A stretch of DNA of 63,908 bases, counting the filler, from Lenisia limosa (lineage: Eukaryota; Protista; Breviatea): the NCBI GenBank assembly GCA_001655205.1. It is 10 parts of 10 records of this genome, joined end to end, with 100 filler letters (N's around TTAATTAATTAA, not from the genome) between each part and the next. Parts side by side here need not be neighbours in the genome. Positions count along the whole stretch, not along the records: positions 40,942 to 50,060 come from LPNZ01008932.1; positions 50,161 to 51,203 come from LPNZ01001032.1; positions 51,304 to 59,549 come from LPNZ01005077.1; positions 59,650 to 61,655 come from LPNZ01008921.1; 6 more parts are not named here. One strand, written 5' to 3'. Position numbers and translations under genes: made by a program. The notes under the pieces are model-generated. The model had not been told where the DNA came from. It ran no database searches and was given only the letters and a program-made list of their open reading frames with translations. Of this stretch, positions 48,030 to 60,978 are shown piece by piece; position 1 is the stretch's first letter, and the number at the start of each line of letters is the position of its first letter.

Positions 48030-50058
48030 ATGTCGCAACAATACGACTATGTAAGTTTCACTGGTCATTTTACACTGTAGCTATTTAAAATTGCCATTAT
48101 TGGTGATAGTGGAGTTGGCAAGAGCAGTTTGCTGACACAGTATCTTCACGAAAAGTTCACAGAAGTACAAGAACCCACTCTCGGTTTGCTCCTTCTCTCT
48201 ACCCATGCTTTAGTCTTGGTTACATATTCAAAAATGGAAAGCAGATTGTGATTGAGATTCTGTTACACATTCAGGTATTGATCTTGGAGCAAAGTTCGTG
48301 ACCATCAACAACAAGAGAATCAAGATCACCATTTGGGATACCGCAGGTATGTGAGTGTGTCACTTAAAATGTTATCTTCAGCCTCGCTTCTCATTGTAAT
48401 CTTGTATTTTTCTTTTTGGTTTTCAAGTTTCCTTCACTTACCTCAGTTGCCCTATTCCATCCACCTTTCTTCTCCTCCTTTTCCATCACCCACCTTCTGT
48501 CTGTATCATCTCTCTTCTTCTTCTTCTCTCTTAAACTCTTTTTCTGTTTTGTTTGGGGCTTTTTTGGGGGGGCGAATTAGCTGATGTATGTGTTTAATCA
48601 ACAACCCCTTGCTTGTTTTTTTTTATATCAAGTTGATATGAGCAATGAGATAGTTCCAATCCTTGCGCCACTAATGCTTTATTTAGGACAGGAGAAGTTC
48701 CGAACGCTCACTCCATCATATTTCAGGGGATGCCAGGGTATTATCATGAGTGGGGGGTATGGAATCTAAACATACTTCTCAAATGGAACAAGGTTATAGA
48801 ACATCACATTGCTATGTTTCAATAAGCAACCTTCCACCAACCAAGTCTTTTGATACCATTTTCGAAAAACAGACATACTAATAGAATTCACATTTCAAAA
48901 AGCCAAGTAGTGCCCCTTCTCATCACTACAGCGTATGATGTGACACGAAGGGACACTTTTGAACACATTTCGTCATGGAAGGAAGAAGCTGATGTGTACT
49001 CCACAATCCCAGGTGTTGTGCAGATGCTGATCGGTAACAAAATTGATTTGGTGGGTGAAAACATTTTATCTACGTTGTTCAGATGCACACTTACTTTTTC
49101 TTTGCTGTTGTGGATCTTGTTCTGACATTAAATGACTGACAATGACTTGGGCTTCTCTCTGTGTCTGAAAATTTTTTATACCTACATGCAGCTATAGTAT
49201 ATAATATAATGAGAAATAAAAGATGAGGTTTTATCTTGTTGAAGCCGTCCACACCATCACGCTTANNNNNNNNNNNNNNNNNNNNNNNNNNNNNNNNNNN
49301 NNNNNNNNNNNNNNNNNNNNNNNNNNNNNNNNNNNNNNNNNNNNNNNNNNNNNNNNNNNNNNNNNNNNNNNNNNNNNNNNNNNNNNNNNNNNNNNNNNNN
49401 NNNNNNNNNNNNNNNNNNNNNNNNNNNNNTTTTTTTTTGGAATATTTCCCATTTCTTTAACATGTCCTTTATATCTCCATTACCATTACTTTGGTGTCGC
49501 CTTTCTTACACAGTAGCCCCAAAGGGAGATTGAGAGGGACGAGGGAGCCCAAATGGCACGTCAGCACCGAATGCTCTTCATTGAGTCTTCTGCAAAGACA
49601 AAACAGGGGGTTGGAGGGGGGGGGGGGGGNNNNNNNNNNNNNNNNNNNNNNNNNNNNNNNNNNNNNNNNNNNNNNNNNNNNNNNNNNNNNNNNNNNNNNN
49701 NNNNNNNNNNNNNNNNNNNNNNNNNNNNNNNNNNNNNNNNNNNNNNNNNNNNNNNNNNNNNNNNNNNNNNNNNNNNNNNNNNNNNNNNNNNNNNNNNCCT
49801 ACTAAATTGATATTAGACACAGGATAAAGTTGTCACAGTTATGAAGATGAATTAAGCCTTATTTATTTTCTACCAAATGATAAGATTGAAATAGATTTTC
49901 TTGCACCTTAATACTGTTCTGAATGAACATATTTTGTGTATAAAGCTGAGTCATTTCCGCCTCCATCCCTAACAACTTGCCGTGGTGTGGCAACCAATTG
50001 TTGGTCTTTTAATTAACACTAACAGGTTCAACAAGCGTTTGAAGAGCTCGTCACAAAA
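48030..50058 (+). CDS. RAB18: Rab GTPase, Rab18-like; C-terminus interrupted by contig join
   Basis: [90 protein letters not shown]; LTPSY and DVTRRDTF are Rab18 signatures. Confidence 0.85.
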
Positions 50059-50160
50059 GTNNNNNNNNNNNNNNNNNNNNNNNNNNNNNNNNNNNNNNNN
50101 NNNNTTAATTAATTAANNNNNNNNNNNNNNNNNNNNNNNNNNNNNNNNNNNNNNNNNNNN

Positions 50161-50475
50161 ATTTTGAATATTCCGACGTGTCACTAAAGCATCTAGTAAC
50201 AATGCAGGTTAACAAAAAGCACGGTTCTCCAAATAAGCCCCAAATGACTGGGGCCCCTCTTGACGATGTTGATCCGAACTGGAGGGACCAAATTGAGAGA
50301 CTCATGCGGGGCGGAGTGGGGGGGGAGGGTGGCGAGTATATATTTTTTGTTATTATTTTTGTTTTTTGTTTTTTTCACTCACATGTGCCCTCAGTTTTTT
50401 TGTGCCCTCAAAAATGACATTATTCAGGTTGATGTGGATTACGATGAAGAGGACGACACCGTTGATGAATGGTAG
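50161..50475 (+). CDS. Terminal exons of uncertain ownership (Rab18 tail or a separate gene), acidic end
   Basis: Exons VNKKHGSPNKPQMTGAPLDDVDPNWRDQIERLMRG and VDVDYDEEDDTVDEW* follow the join; the first bases after the join also read ILNIP in another frame. Confidence 0.4.
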
Positions 50476-50510
50476 TGTATGGTGAACGAATATATTTATT
50501 AACGGCAGTA

Positions 50511-50602
50511 AGGGCTTCACTTCGGTTCGAAAAAGACCGGTAAAATATCGATAGTTTTTGAAAATTTGTCGAGAAATTCAGTGTTTTTTTGAACCGAAGT
50601 GA
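50511..50602. mobile_element. MITE family A (CTTCACTTCGG subfamily)
   Basis: agggcttcacttcggttcg...ttgaaccgaagtga; last TIR bases missing. Confidence 0.8.
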
Positions 50603-51489
50603 TGAAAGAATAGATTGATTAATTTTCATGGGGATTGTCAACTGAAATGGGGAATGCAGATTGAGTTTGGTTTCTATGAACGCTACGGCGTATAACTTAG
50701 GATCTATTAAGGATAAGATTTATGAGAATCCGAATCAAGTCGATGTGCCGCAGGTGCCAATAGAAGCGTGCCAAGAGCAAAACCGGTTTTTGGCCACTGT
50801 GTCGACACGGTGATTCGTAAAGTAGCTAGCCGATCTATTCTGTATTCGTGAAGTCCTCATTACTGTCTTTTTTTGTCAACTGCATGGAGCTCTATGATAG
50901 TAGTTTCAATAGAGACTTGTACATGATTTCAGTTTCAACAGAGACTTTACTCTAAAAAAGGGGAGTTGGCAACTTCCTCAGCCAAAGTTCGACGACTTGT
51001 TTAGTAAGCTTTTTTTAACACCTTTTATTGCAACAAACTTGTTAAACTACACTGCGGCGCATCGACTTGGGATCCACTTACTTGAAATAGGAATCCCAAA
51101 ATATCTTCAAATTTCCCATGTGAAATATGGGAATTCAACGTTTTCACAAGAATCCCAAGTCAATGCGCCGTAGTGAACCACCCCAACGTTCCCAACCCAC
51201 AATNNNNNNNNNNNNNNNNNNNNNNNNNNNNNNNNNNNNNNNNNNNNTTAATTAATTAANNNNNNNNNNNNNNNNNNNNNNNNNNNNNNNNNNNNNNNNN
51301 NNNGTTTTGATGTGTCCGGGAATTTTGAATGGTGTCCGGAGCTTTGAGGACCCACATATATATATACTAGCTATATATATATGCATATATACATATATTT
51401 TTTTTGAAAAATGTCAATTGACATTAAACCAAAATATAGCTAATTATATGAATATTTAAGAGTAGCTACTTGCTCTTTCTATCCCCCAC

Positions 51490-54400
51490 CCCGCAACCGG
51501 AGTAATTGCACTCATCGCTTCGAAAGGGCAATAACCAAGAGTACACGGCTAAGAGAATTAGATATAACGTAAATAAAAACAAAAAAAACAAATAATGCAG
51601 CAGGGTGAATGAACTAAGAAAGAAATCATCATAGAATTCCCTCCCAACATGTAAACTAAAAATCCCTCAAACCCGGCACTTAGACGAAAACAGTAGGCGA
51701 TAAGTTCCCACCGGGCATGCTTTGCATTCTAAAGAAGAAATAAAAATTCTCAAATCAACTGAAGAAAACCTCTTCAGAATCACTATTTTATGGCACAGTG
51801 AACGATAATTATGACGAACGTTCTGTGTCTTGATTAATAGATTGAGATTTCCTTTTCAGAAAATCCTTCAACTTTCCCTTATATAATAATTTACATAATA
51901 TAAAGCTTAACACAAACAAAGATGGTTCCCACCTCCAGACTCGTTCTCTTCGTAACCTGCAGCACAGCGGCATCCGTCATGAAATTCCGTGGGGATTGTG
52001 TTATTAGCCGTGCACTACAATGTTATCCGGTTGTGAAAACAGAATAAAACGCGATGACTTACCAGAAGTTTATAGAAGCTATAAACTATAATATTCCACG
52101 AAATGGCAGCTTTTTGAGTGCAACCCTTCTTTACCCACATTTGCACATTCAGACACTGGTACAAGGCCCAAAGTGAAGCCGTAAGCACAAGGAAAGCAAG
52201 GCTGCCCCACTGCCTCTCCATAGAATCCCTGGAATGTTGGAAATGGAAAGGGAATCTACACATAGGCAGAAAACTTCAATTCAACAAAAACAAAGGAAAT
52301 AAGAAAAGACAAGTATTGACCACCCTTTTAGAGCTATCCCTGTCAATTCCCCTTTCAAAATTCATTGCCCACCTCGGGGCACACAGAGCATTGGCCATCA
52401 ATATTGCGGAATGTTCCAACGTCACAATCACTGAATCTCTATGAGACCAAATTAAACAAGAAATAGTTCTCCCATTACACTATTATCATGAACATTACTA
52501 CTTGGAAGGGTAGTAGATTAGATTCAATACTGAAAACATCTGCATTTTTGTTTTTTGATAAACCTCAGATAAATATCAATAATATAACTACATGTATTAT
52601 CTATATTCTCGATTAACATCATAATGAAGAGTACATGTTAAATGAGAACCTCTATTAAAGGTCAACCGCTCAACCCATTCACCAATAGAGATGATCCACT
52701 CCGACTTCGTAATCAAGAGTACACTAGATGGGTGAGTTCAATTAGAGTGCCGTATTGACAAAAAACAAAGGTTAATGCAAGACTGAGTTCATATGCACAA
52801 TAATTCAATAATGATCTGAAGTACAAGAACGATTGATGGTTTCCCAATTTACTGTATATATATCTATGTATTATATTTATGGATTTGATTTGTATTTTAG
52901 CTATCAATAGAAAGACTCGTCAACCTACGGGGAAACAGTCCGTATTGGAACTCTGCACAACTGAAGCGCATGAAAGACAGTTTTCAACGCCATAAGTGGG
53001 GGAATACGTAGCACCATGACAAGCGGTGCAGTTTGACGCTCCATATCCCGGAGGACACACGCTGGAGTGTCAGAAATCAACAGTAAAAAATAGACGTTCC
53101 AAGACATCCCATTTGGATGATATGTTTTCATGATGCTGAATGAAAAGACCCAAAATCCTGAGTAGGCCAGTTTAATTTTGTTTTTGACCGCGCAATCAAG
53201 CTTTTTTGTCAACCAAGGTGCAGGAGGTTGGTTCCAAAATATCATTACAAGTGTATAATAAATACTAAATAGAGCATCCAAGTGTATTATAATCTAGATT
53301 TCATTATGGAATTTGGATTTTCCAGACTCCACATACTCCCTTTTGTGAGGTGACTCGCAATCTTTGGCTATTGTAAATAACAATATTTCTTTCATTATCA
53401 TGGTCATAGTCTGGATGTAGAAAACAGCCCAAAGTGACATAGTCTGGATGTAGAAAACAGCCCAAAGTGACAGAAAAAAAATTCAAAAAAAACAATTTTT
53501 CTTTGTTTTTTAACCACTTATTTCATTTTTTTGGTGTTCTATCCCCCCTCCAACCAAGTCAACCCATTCAACGTCACGAAATTGCCTGGGCATTCCTCGC
53601 AGTCACTCTAAGATAGTTACCAAGTATTTATATATTGGGTCATTATAAAAGGTCTCATTCTGTGGCTTCTCCCCTCCCCACCTGGTCAGATTTGACTATG
53701 TATCCTGAGGGACACGTTTTGCAGATTTGGTCGTAACGAGGACCTGGTGAAACCGGCTCTGCTGGAACTGAACGGTAAGCAAATGACAAAGGCTTTTGTT
53801 TGATTTAAAAGTAGTATGTCCTCCAAACCTTGGCAATTGTCAGACAACGGCGTGGCGTTTAGGTCGTAAGTGGCACGTAAGCTATAGTGTCAGATAGGAT
53901 AAAGGTAGGCAAAGCCTAATACTTGTGTTCAAAAAACACCACGTGAGTCTGACATTACGCGCACACTTTAACGCAATTGTAATTAGTTGTGAAAAACGCT
54001 TTTGAGAATTATATCTAGTGAATGTGGAATTCTCCAACACTCACCTCTTCGAAAATTTGAAACCATTCAGTTCACGCCTCCTTCCAGCTGAAAAGAATCA
54101 GAAAAGGTCCTAAATCCAAAATATGCTACCCAAACCTCCACCCTTTCCCCCCACCACCCACATTACTCCCCCCTCTCTCNNNNNNNNNNNNNNNNNNNNN
54201 NNNNNNNNNNNNNNNNNNNNNNNNNNNNNNNNNNNNNNNNNNNNNNNNNCGGTATGTTCCTTCGGGGCATTCTAATAGGTAAAGAAAAAACAGATTATTG
54301 AGAAAAAATACAAAGGATCATAAAAACACTCTCATCATTTGCTGACAAATTCCGGGCAAATTATACATCCTCCTCGATATTTTACTTGGACAGTGACTTC

Positions 54401-57400
54401 CTCTCCTCCAACATTTATTTTAAATTCCCTCTATTCCCCCACGTATGCAATTGCCAGTACTCGAGTCAAAACGCGTGCCAGCAGAGCAATAACTGAATAT
54501 GTTAGAACATATCAACAAAACGTGTTGTGATTATAAAAAAACACTGTTCAATACAGACCGTCGAATACAAAACACTTCAACTTTCAATCAAGAAACATAG
54601 GGTATAGTGATTTTGGTGCTAGCTCATACAACAACAGGGAAGATCACGCACATAAATTTTAAACAAGAAGGTTTGAGAGTGATGTTATTCTCCATAATGA
54701 CTTTTTTTTGTATTTCAAAAACTAATGCCACATTGTATATATCTAAGACTTGAAGCAAATACGCAGCTCACCAATACTCCGAAATTACCACTGTGCTTTC
54801 GCACTAAACAATAAGAAAAAAAGAACAACGAATATTTTTCAATGGATTCAATTTAGATGGGTAAGAAAAGTCCTTAAGCATCATACAGATGCACATTTGC
54901 CGTTTTCGCTGTACGATGTTTCGACACATGCAGCCAGACCAATACCGTCACACTCAGATGCAAATGGACACTCTAAAGAGAATAAAATGACGGGCTTTCC
55001 CGAGATCCAAAGAAACCCAGCACAATATCGATAAACATCGAAATTTATTAAAAACGGTTTTATTCGTGAATAGAAGGAATACTGAGGCAAAAAGTTGCTG
55101 ATTATGTGATAGTGCAATCACAATAACCAAAACATATAGCAAACTGCTTTGGCCTCGCAAAAGATTCACAAATTAAACAATAGTGTCAACCTTATTTCGA
55201 AAAAGGAATCCTGGGTAAATATCATCATCCCCCTCCCCCTTTTCTTTAACAGGTTGGACAGAATGGAATATCGACTTCAAACGACCCTACCATTACAAGG
55301 GGAAATAACAGTGGACGTCGTGTCATCCCATAAGGTCAATTCATAGGGGTACAGTGGGTTTCGGTATGATGAGATGGGGCAGGAAGACTTAAGGCATGAA
55401 GTGAAAAAAAAAATGCACCATACTATATAGACACCCAAAATAATTATTAAATATCCTGTAGTACATATACTAGATATGATTCTCGAATTTTATATGATCA
55501 ACACAATAAAATAGCTAGACTGATAAAACTCAAAACTATGTTAAGACCTAATATGATCATATGTCATATCCCATATGATCAAATAGTTTACGTGTACCTC
55601 CCCCCCCCCCNNNNNNNNNNNNNNNNNNNNNNNNNNNNNNNNNNNNNNNNNNNNNNNNNNNNNNNNNNNNNNNNNNNNNNNNNNNNNNNNNNNNNNNNNN
55701 NNNNNNNNNNNNNNNNNNNNNNNNNNATCTGTGAAGTGAGTCAAAACCAGGATACAACATGTGGAAGTGCTTTTGTGTTCATGAGAGGAACCTTCCATTG
55801 GAATGAAGTGAATTAGGTTACACATCACTTCTCAGATTTTCATTTCACGAACCACTACGATATGAACACTGAGGGCCAACATGTATCAGTTCTAAGGCTG
55901 ACTCTCACCATTAGTGCTTTTGCACGCGTATAATAAACTTCACTATAGTGTATTTAATATGTATTACAAAAAAACATGATGTGAGATTGCTATATACTAG
56001 ATGGAATAGATTAAAAATTTAAAAATTCGCTAAGATGAAACTATATCGATATCATAAAGAATATGACATTAGACAGTACCAACCATCACAGGTAACTTGA
56101 TTGAGCTTCGAGATGAAAAACTTGTTAAAATGTGCGGCGACACCTATAAACGGTTGAATAAAAACAAATATCAACAATAATAGAAATAAATATTCAATTA
56201 TCAAAGAAGAGGTATCAGAGCATAGATATAGCTGAAAAGATCCCAACATCTTAGACAACACAATGACGGATTCACCACAAATAACATCCAACAAAGCTTA
56301 GAATAACACAGTGTCAATATAAATAACATAGCCCAAAATGATGCATACCCGGAGTAACAAGGGTATCAAATGGACCGCCTGGACAACCCGATGGATTGAA
56401 AGTCACGGATTCGGAATGTAATGTTGACCCCGAGCATTTTGACGTTATACGCATTCTGTGAGGAAGTGACACCGTCGATAAAACAATCAATTTGGGAAAT
56501 TTCCTTGAATTCAATCACCACAGAAAACGAAATATTTAAAAACAACCTACATATCCGCTGGTGACCCTGTGAGCTGTATATTCAGTAGATGCGCCGTGAA
56601 GCTTGCAGTTTCAGACGGCTACAACCGATTAGTATAATGATATATTTGTATAGAATATGGCATGATTAAATTTACAAGGTCGACTTCAGTATTTTCCCAG
56701 GAACGAATGAGAAATTAGTTAACCCCCTGTCATAAATTCAGACACCCCTACCCTTTCCAAAGATATAGCCCCCACCCATAATAATCCAGCTCCCCCCTTT
56801 TTAACGACACCACAGTATTTTAAACAGACCACCCTGCGTACATCACATGCAATTGACGAGGTGACACCAAAGTACTCGAGGTTATAGGTAATTTGGAGCC
56901 CCTGTAGAGACGTTGATAGTCGCCAAATAACGCCGTAAGTATCTAAAGCAAGATAAGTGGACAACTCTACGGTCTGAAACGAATCAGTAAATAACAATAT
57001 TTCATGAGGTGTATCGTTGTCAGATTCCTTTCACTTAAAGAAGCAAAATGAGTAACTACAATAGTGTATTGTGTTCTACACAAAACACCATTCCATCACT
57101 GAAAACTTCATGTTCGCAATATGACCAAAAGTAGAATCGTTATTACTTCCCTGTCTATATATGCTGATTATAGTCGATGAGATCGATCTCATTGTCTTTT
57201 TCCTGTTTCCCGAAATTTCGTAGTTAATACGCTATTGTTCTTAAGACCCTGGAAACCGTCTGTTGCCACCAAGCGATCCGCTCCTAAACTGTCGGTTTGG
57301 ACCATCAAACTGCAGGCAAATGAGAAAAATAACTCTCGTAAATGTTCAATGGTAAAAACAAAAAACAATCAAAATGGCAAAGAGATTGTTGCAGCAAAAG

Positions 57401-57804
57401 TAATAATATCTAGTATGTCCTTCAAAGTAGATGATATATGATATCTATACTACAACCTCCAATTCTCAGGACCCCACTCACAACATTCCGGTATCAACTG
57501 AGTTTGGCAGGACTGCAGGGCATACAAAAGCTGTACAATGAGATTCTCTAAAGAGAATACGAATATCAGGGGGTAGTATGAGAAATTAGATTCTTAAACT
57601 ACCCCTGCGAAAACAAAGACTGAATGACCGCTGTTGAAGCGTACGAGAGAAATAATAGCTGCCAGCAGATTCACTGATCGTCAAGTTGCACCCAGGCAAT
57701 GAGGCGGTATTCGTATCCACTCCCGTTGAAAATAGGAAAGCATTTTCAGCCAAGACCCCTTGGAGCAGTAGCAGCCAGCAGAAGAGACCTGTAAGGCTCA
57801 ACAT
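51490..57804 (-). CDS. Large secreted/surface Cys-rich protein with GCC2/GCC3 (ephrin-receptor-like) repeats; 3' end cut by join
   Basis: Signal peptide MLSLTGLFCWLLLLQGVLA; exons CKTCPSGYIV, VCPPGYGASNCTACHGATYSPTYGVENCLSCA, CDVGTFRNIDGQCSVCPEGFYGEAVGQPCFPCAYG, ECKACPVGTYRLLFSSKC. Confidence 0.75.
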
Positions 57805-58071
57805 CTTCCAGTATGGGTGATGCTTGTCCTTTCCAAGTACCTCACGCCATTATTCTGAGTTAACTTTTCTTTCTTCTATCAAAATTTAACCATTCCACAC
57901 CATTACCTGTTAAATCATAAGCAATTATTTTCAGCTCATTTTCCTGGGGGTAGAATGAATCATATATCAAGCGGTTGTTGTTTTTGCTTGTGGTTCTCTT
58001 TTTTATTTATCCCACGGTCCCACAGTGCACCATAGTGATACCACCCAGCTACCCACTTTATACCGATTGAT
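57805..58071. promoter_or_regulatory. Probable bidirectional promoter between two signal-peptide genes
   Basis: ~270 bp between divergent ATGs at 57804 (-) and 58072 (+). Confidence 0.4.
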
Positions 58072-59433
58072 ATGATCCTTCTCTTAGCCTGGTTGCTCAT
58101 TTGGTTGTCTGTGCTTGTACCCTCAGTTTATTCCTACCAACATCTCTACCAGTAGGGGGGAAGGGAGGGGTGTTTTCATTGTCGGATATCAAAATGTTTC
58201 ACGCTTGGAGGTAAATAAAAATATAATATGAAATACTAATCATATCAAAAAGTGTGATGGACGGATTTGGCTAGTCATCGCTACATATTTTAAGGGAATC
58301 ATCATTTCGTACAAACGCTAAAATTGCAGGGACGCAGGAGGAGACGTTGTCACCAACGCAGGAACAAGCGATATATCGATAGTCCCGAAGAGCTATGTCG
58401 ACTCTCAGGTTATAACACTTGCAGGAGATGTTTGAGGGCTGACCTCATAGAGAGCATCCGGTAGATATGATGATAAGATATCTCATTGATCAGTGATCAA
58501 TGATATTTGTTTATTGCGCAACTATTACATTAATCTCGGGGGGGGGACTATTAATGATTGGGTGAATGTTTCATATAATCCTGAGAGTGTAGATGGCTTT
58601 GACCATATATTGTAATCTCGACAAAGCATATCTTATAAACTCAAGTGACATGATATCATGAAGACAATAAGAAATCCAACCACAGTATAAGTGTTGCTTT
58701 TCATTCTTTTGTATTCCCTGTCTTTCTCAACCCACCAATATCCACTAAGTCTCTGATCTCATCCAGCATTAATTTGTGTTTAGATTGCAGCAATCCAGGA
58801 TACTTTAGCGAACATCACTGCTCAGCTGAAACTGGTCTGTGGTATCCGCACGTTCTTATTACGTAGTAATGTCTGAACACTACCAATTCACTCTGCACAT
58901 CAATACATACAGTGACCGTTGAATGTCCTCTATGCTAGCATCTCAACACTTCCAAATTGGTATTAAGGTTAGCATTAACCTAACACAGATCAACGACAAA
59001 GTCTTCCCCACTTTCAGCAGCTGCCAAGATGCCTATGATAACGGTGGGGCTGGAGTCAATATATATTGAATATTTGTCGAAGATTTATCAAAGATTTATC
59101 AAAGATACATTCGTATTCTATATTTGTGAAACCGAAAGTAAAGCTCTACAACCTATCCATTATTATCTTTCTTTGAAAACTGTACACATTGGGGTTTGCA
59201 TCAATAGTAGAGAGTTTTGGGTGGGGTAATCCTGTCACTTTTCGTTTTTATTTCCACATGCGTGAACAGTTCCACTCAATACAACACGAAATATTTGGGG
59301 TAAACTCTCTTCATTGAAACTTATTCGGCCGATATGGGACAACTAAACGTGCAACTCAGATCATACTCATTCCACAAGGGGAGAGAGTACCACGACATTT
59401 CACTCTTGTCATTGGTGGAGCCGCTACAACGGT
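58072..59433 (+). CDS. Putative secreted protein with short coiled coil, possibly the start of a fibrinogen-related domain; 3'-truncated
   Basis: Phase-compatible exons MILLLAWLLIWLSVLVPSVYSYQHLYQ-DAGGDVVTNAGTSDISIVPKSYVDSQ-IAAIQDTLANITAQLKL-INDKVFPTFSSCQDAYDT; the next exon's frame is unresolved. Confidence 0.55.
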
Positions 59434-59649
59434 ATGCCTATGGTTGAGTGTTCAATTTACAGTTACAATGATCAACAGTTATTTAGCTGTTCATCTCGAT
59501 AGCTTGATGTGATCAAATATATTGAACAGTTAATTTGTTTTCGACTACCNNNNNNNNNNNNNNNNNNNNNNNNNNNNNNNNNNNNNNNNNNNNTTAATTA
59601 ATTAANNNNNNNNNNNNNNNNNNNNNNNNNNNNNNNNNNNNNNNNNNNN

Positions 59650-60978
59650 TTTGGTAATATTTTTGCTAAAAACACTCAGGAACCCCTGTTGGTGATATCT
59701 AATTTCAAACTAACACAACTCCAAGCTTACTTTCACAAATAGGCGTGTCATACAGCGTAAAAACATCAAATTTCGGGGGTTTCGGGGCAACTTCGGACAA
59801 ACTTCGGTGAAATTATTGCGAGCTAAATGTGGTACTATTATTTTCTGAAAACATAGAGAAACAGCTGTTGGTGATATCTACTTTCAAATTAGCACAACTC
59901 CGAGCATACTTTTTTTCAATTTGAAGACGTGTTTGAAAGGAGTCTTCTTCTCAGAAAAAAACTGAGTAAAGGGCAATGAACTGAACTGATTTTTTTAAGA
60001 GACTATTCTAGAATTTTCTAAAAATGTTAATTTGCATATTTTTGCATTTCAAAACTTGTTTCAGGAAAAAACCCTATTATTTAAGTTTTTGAGGGATTTG
60101 TAGGACCGTTTTTGTGGGATTTTCAAAAAGCGCTCGCGGTTTCGGTAGTGCTCGCGGTTATGGGGGGTCACCTATCTAGTTAAACCCGCGAACATGATTA
60201 AAACCGCGAACAAAAAGGAGGCTTTTCTTTCAATTTTTGAGTCAANNNNNNNNNNATCCTAGCATAATTAGACAGGGAGATGATTCTAGGCATGATATGG
60301 CAGTTTGTGTGTGGGGTAATAATGCTGAAAGAGTGAGGGGAGGGGGGGATAAAGTGATTCGAACAAGAACAGCCCCAAGCTTACTTTCACAGAAGGTGCG
60401 CCAATTATCGTGAAAACAAATTTTTTTTGGGGGTTTTGGGCATCAGACCTACTTCGGTGAAATTATTGCGAGCTAAATTTGGTAATATTTTTGCTAAAAA
60501 CACTCAGGAACCCCTGTTGGTGATATCTAATTTCAAATTAACACAACTCCAAGCTTACTTTCACAAATAGGCGTGTCAGACAGCGTAAAAACATCAAATT
60601 TCGGGGGTTTCGGGGCAACTTCGGACAAACCTCGGTGAAATTATTGCGAGCTAAATGTGGTACTATTGTTTTCTGAAAACATAGAGAAACAGCTGTTGGT
60701 GATATCTACTTTCAAATTAGCACAACTCCGAGCATACTTTGTTTTCAATTTGAAGACGTGTTTGAAAGGGGTCTTCTTCTCAGAAAAAAACTGAGTAAAG
60801 GGCAATGAACTGAACTGATTTTTTAAAACTATTCTAGAATTTTCTAAAAATTTAAATTTGCTTATTTTTGCATTTCAAAACTTGTTTCAGGAAAAAACCC
60901 TATTATTGAAGTTTTTGAGGGATTTGTAGGACCGTTTTTGTGGGATTTTCAAAAAGCGTTTTGGGGGGTCACCTATAT
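59650..60978. repeat. Higher-order repeat: ~500-bp block duplicated at 828-bp spacing, built from ~179-bp subunits
   Basis: ggtaatatttttgctaaaaacac at 59653 and 60481; ctgttggtgatatcta at 59686 and 59865; both units end near ggggggtcacctat (~60163, ~60963); no ORF. Confidence 0.88.

Noticed and set aside
50690-51203. Short peptides on both strands (KIYENP on plus; RFCSWHASIGTC on minus) as ends of Rab18 or the Cys-rich gene
   Set aside because: No consistent phase chain; cannot be assigned.
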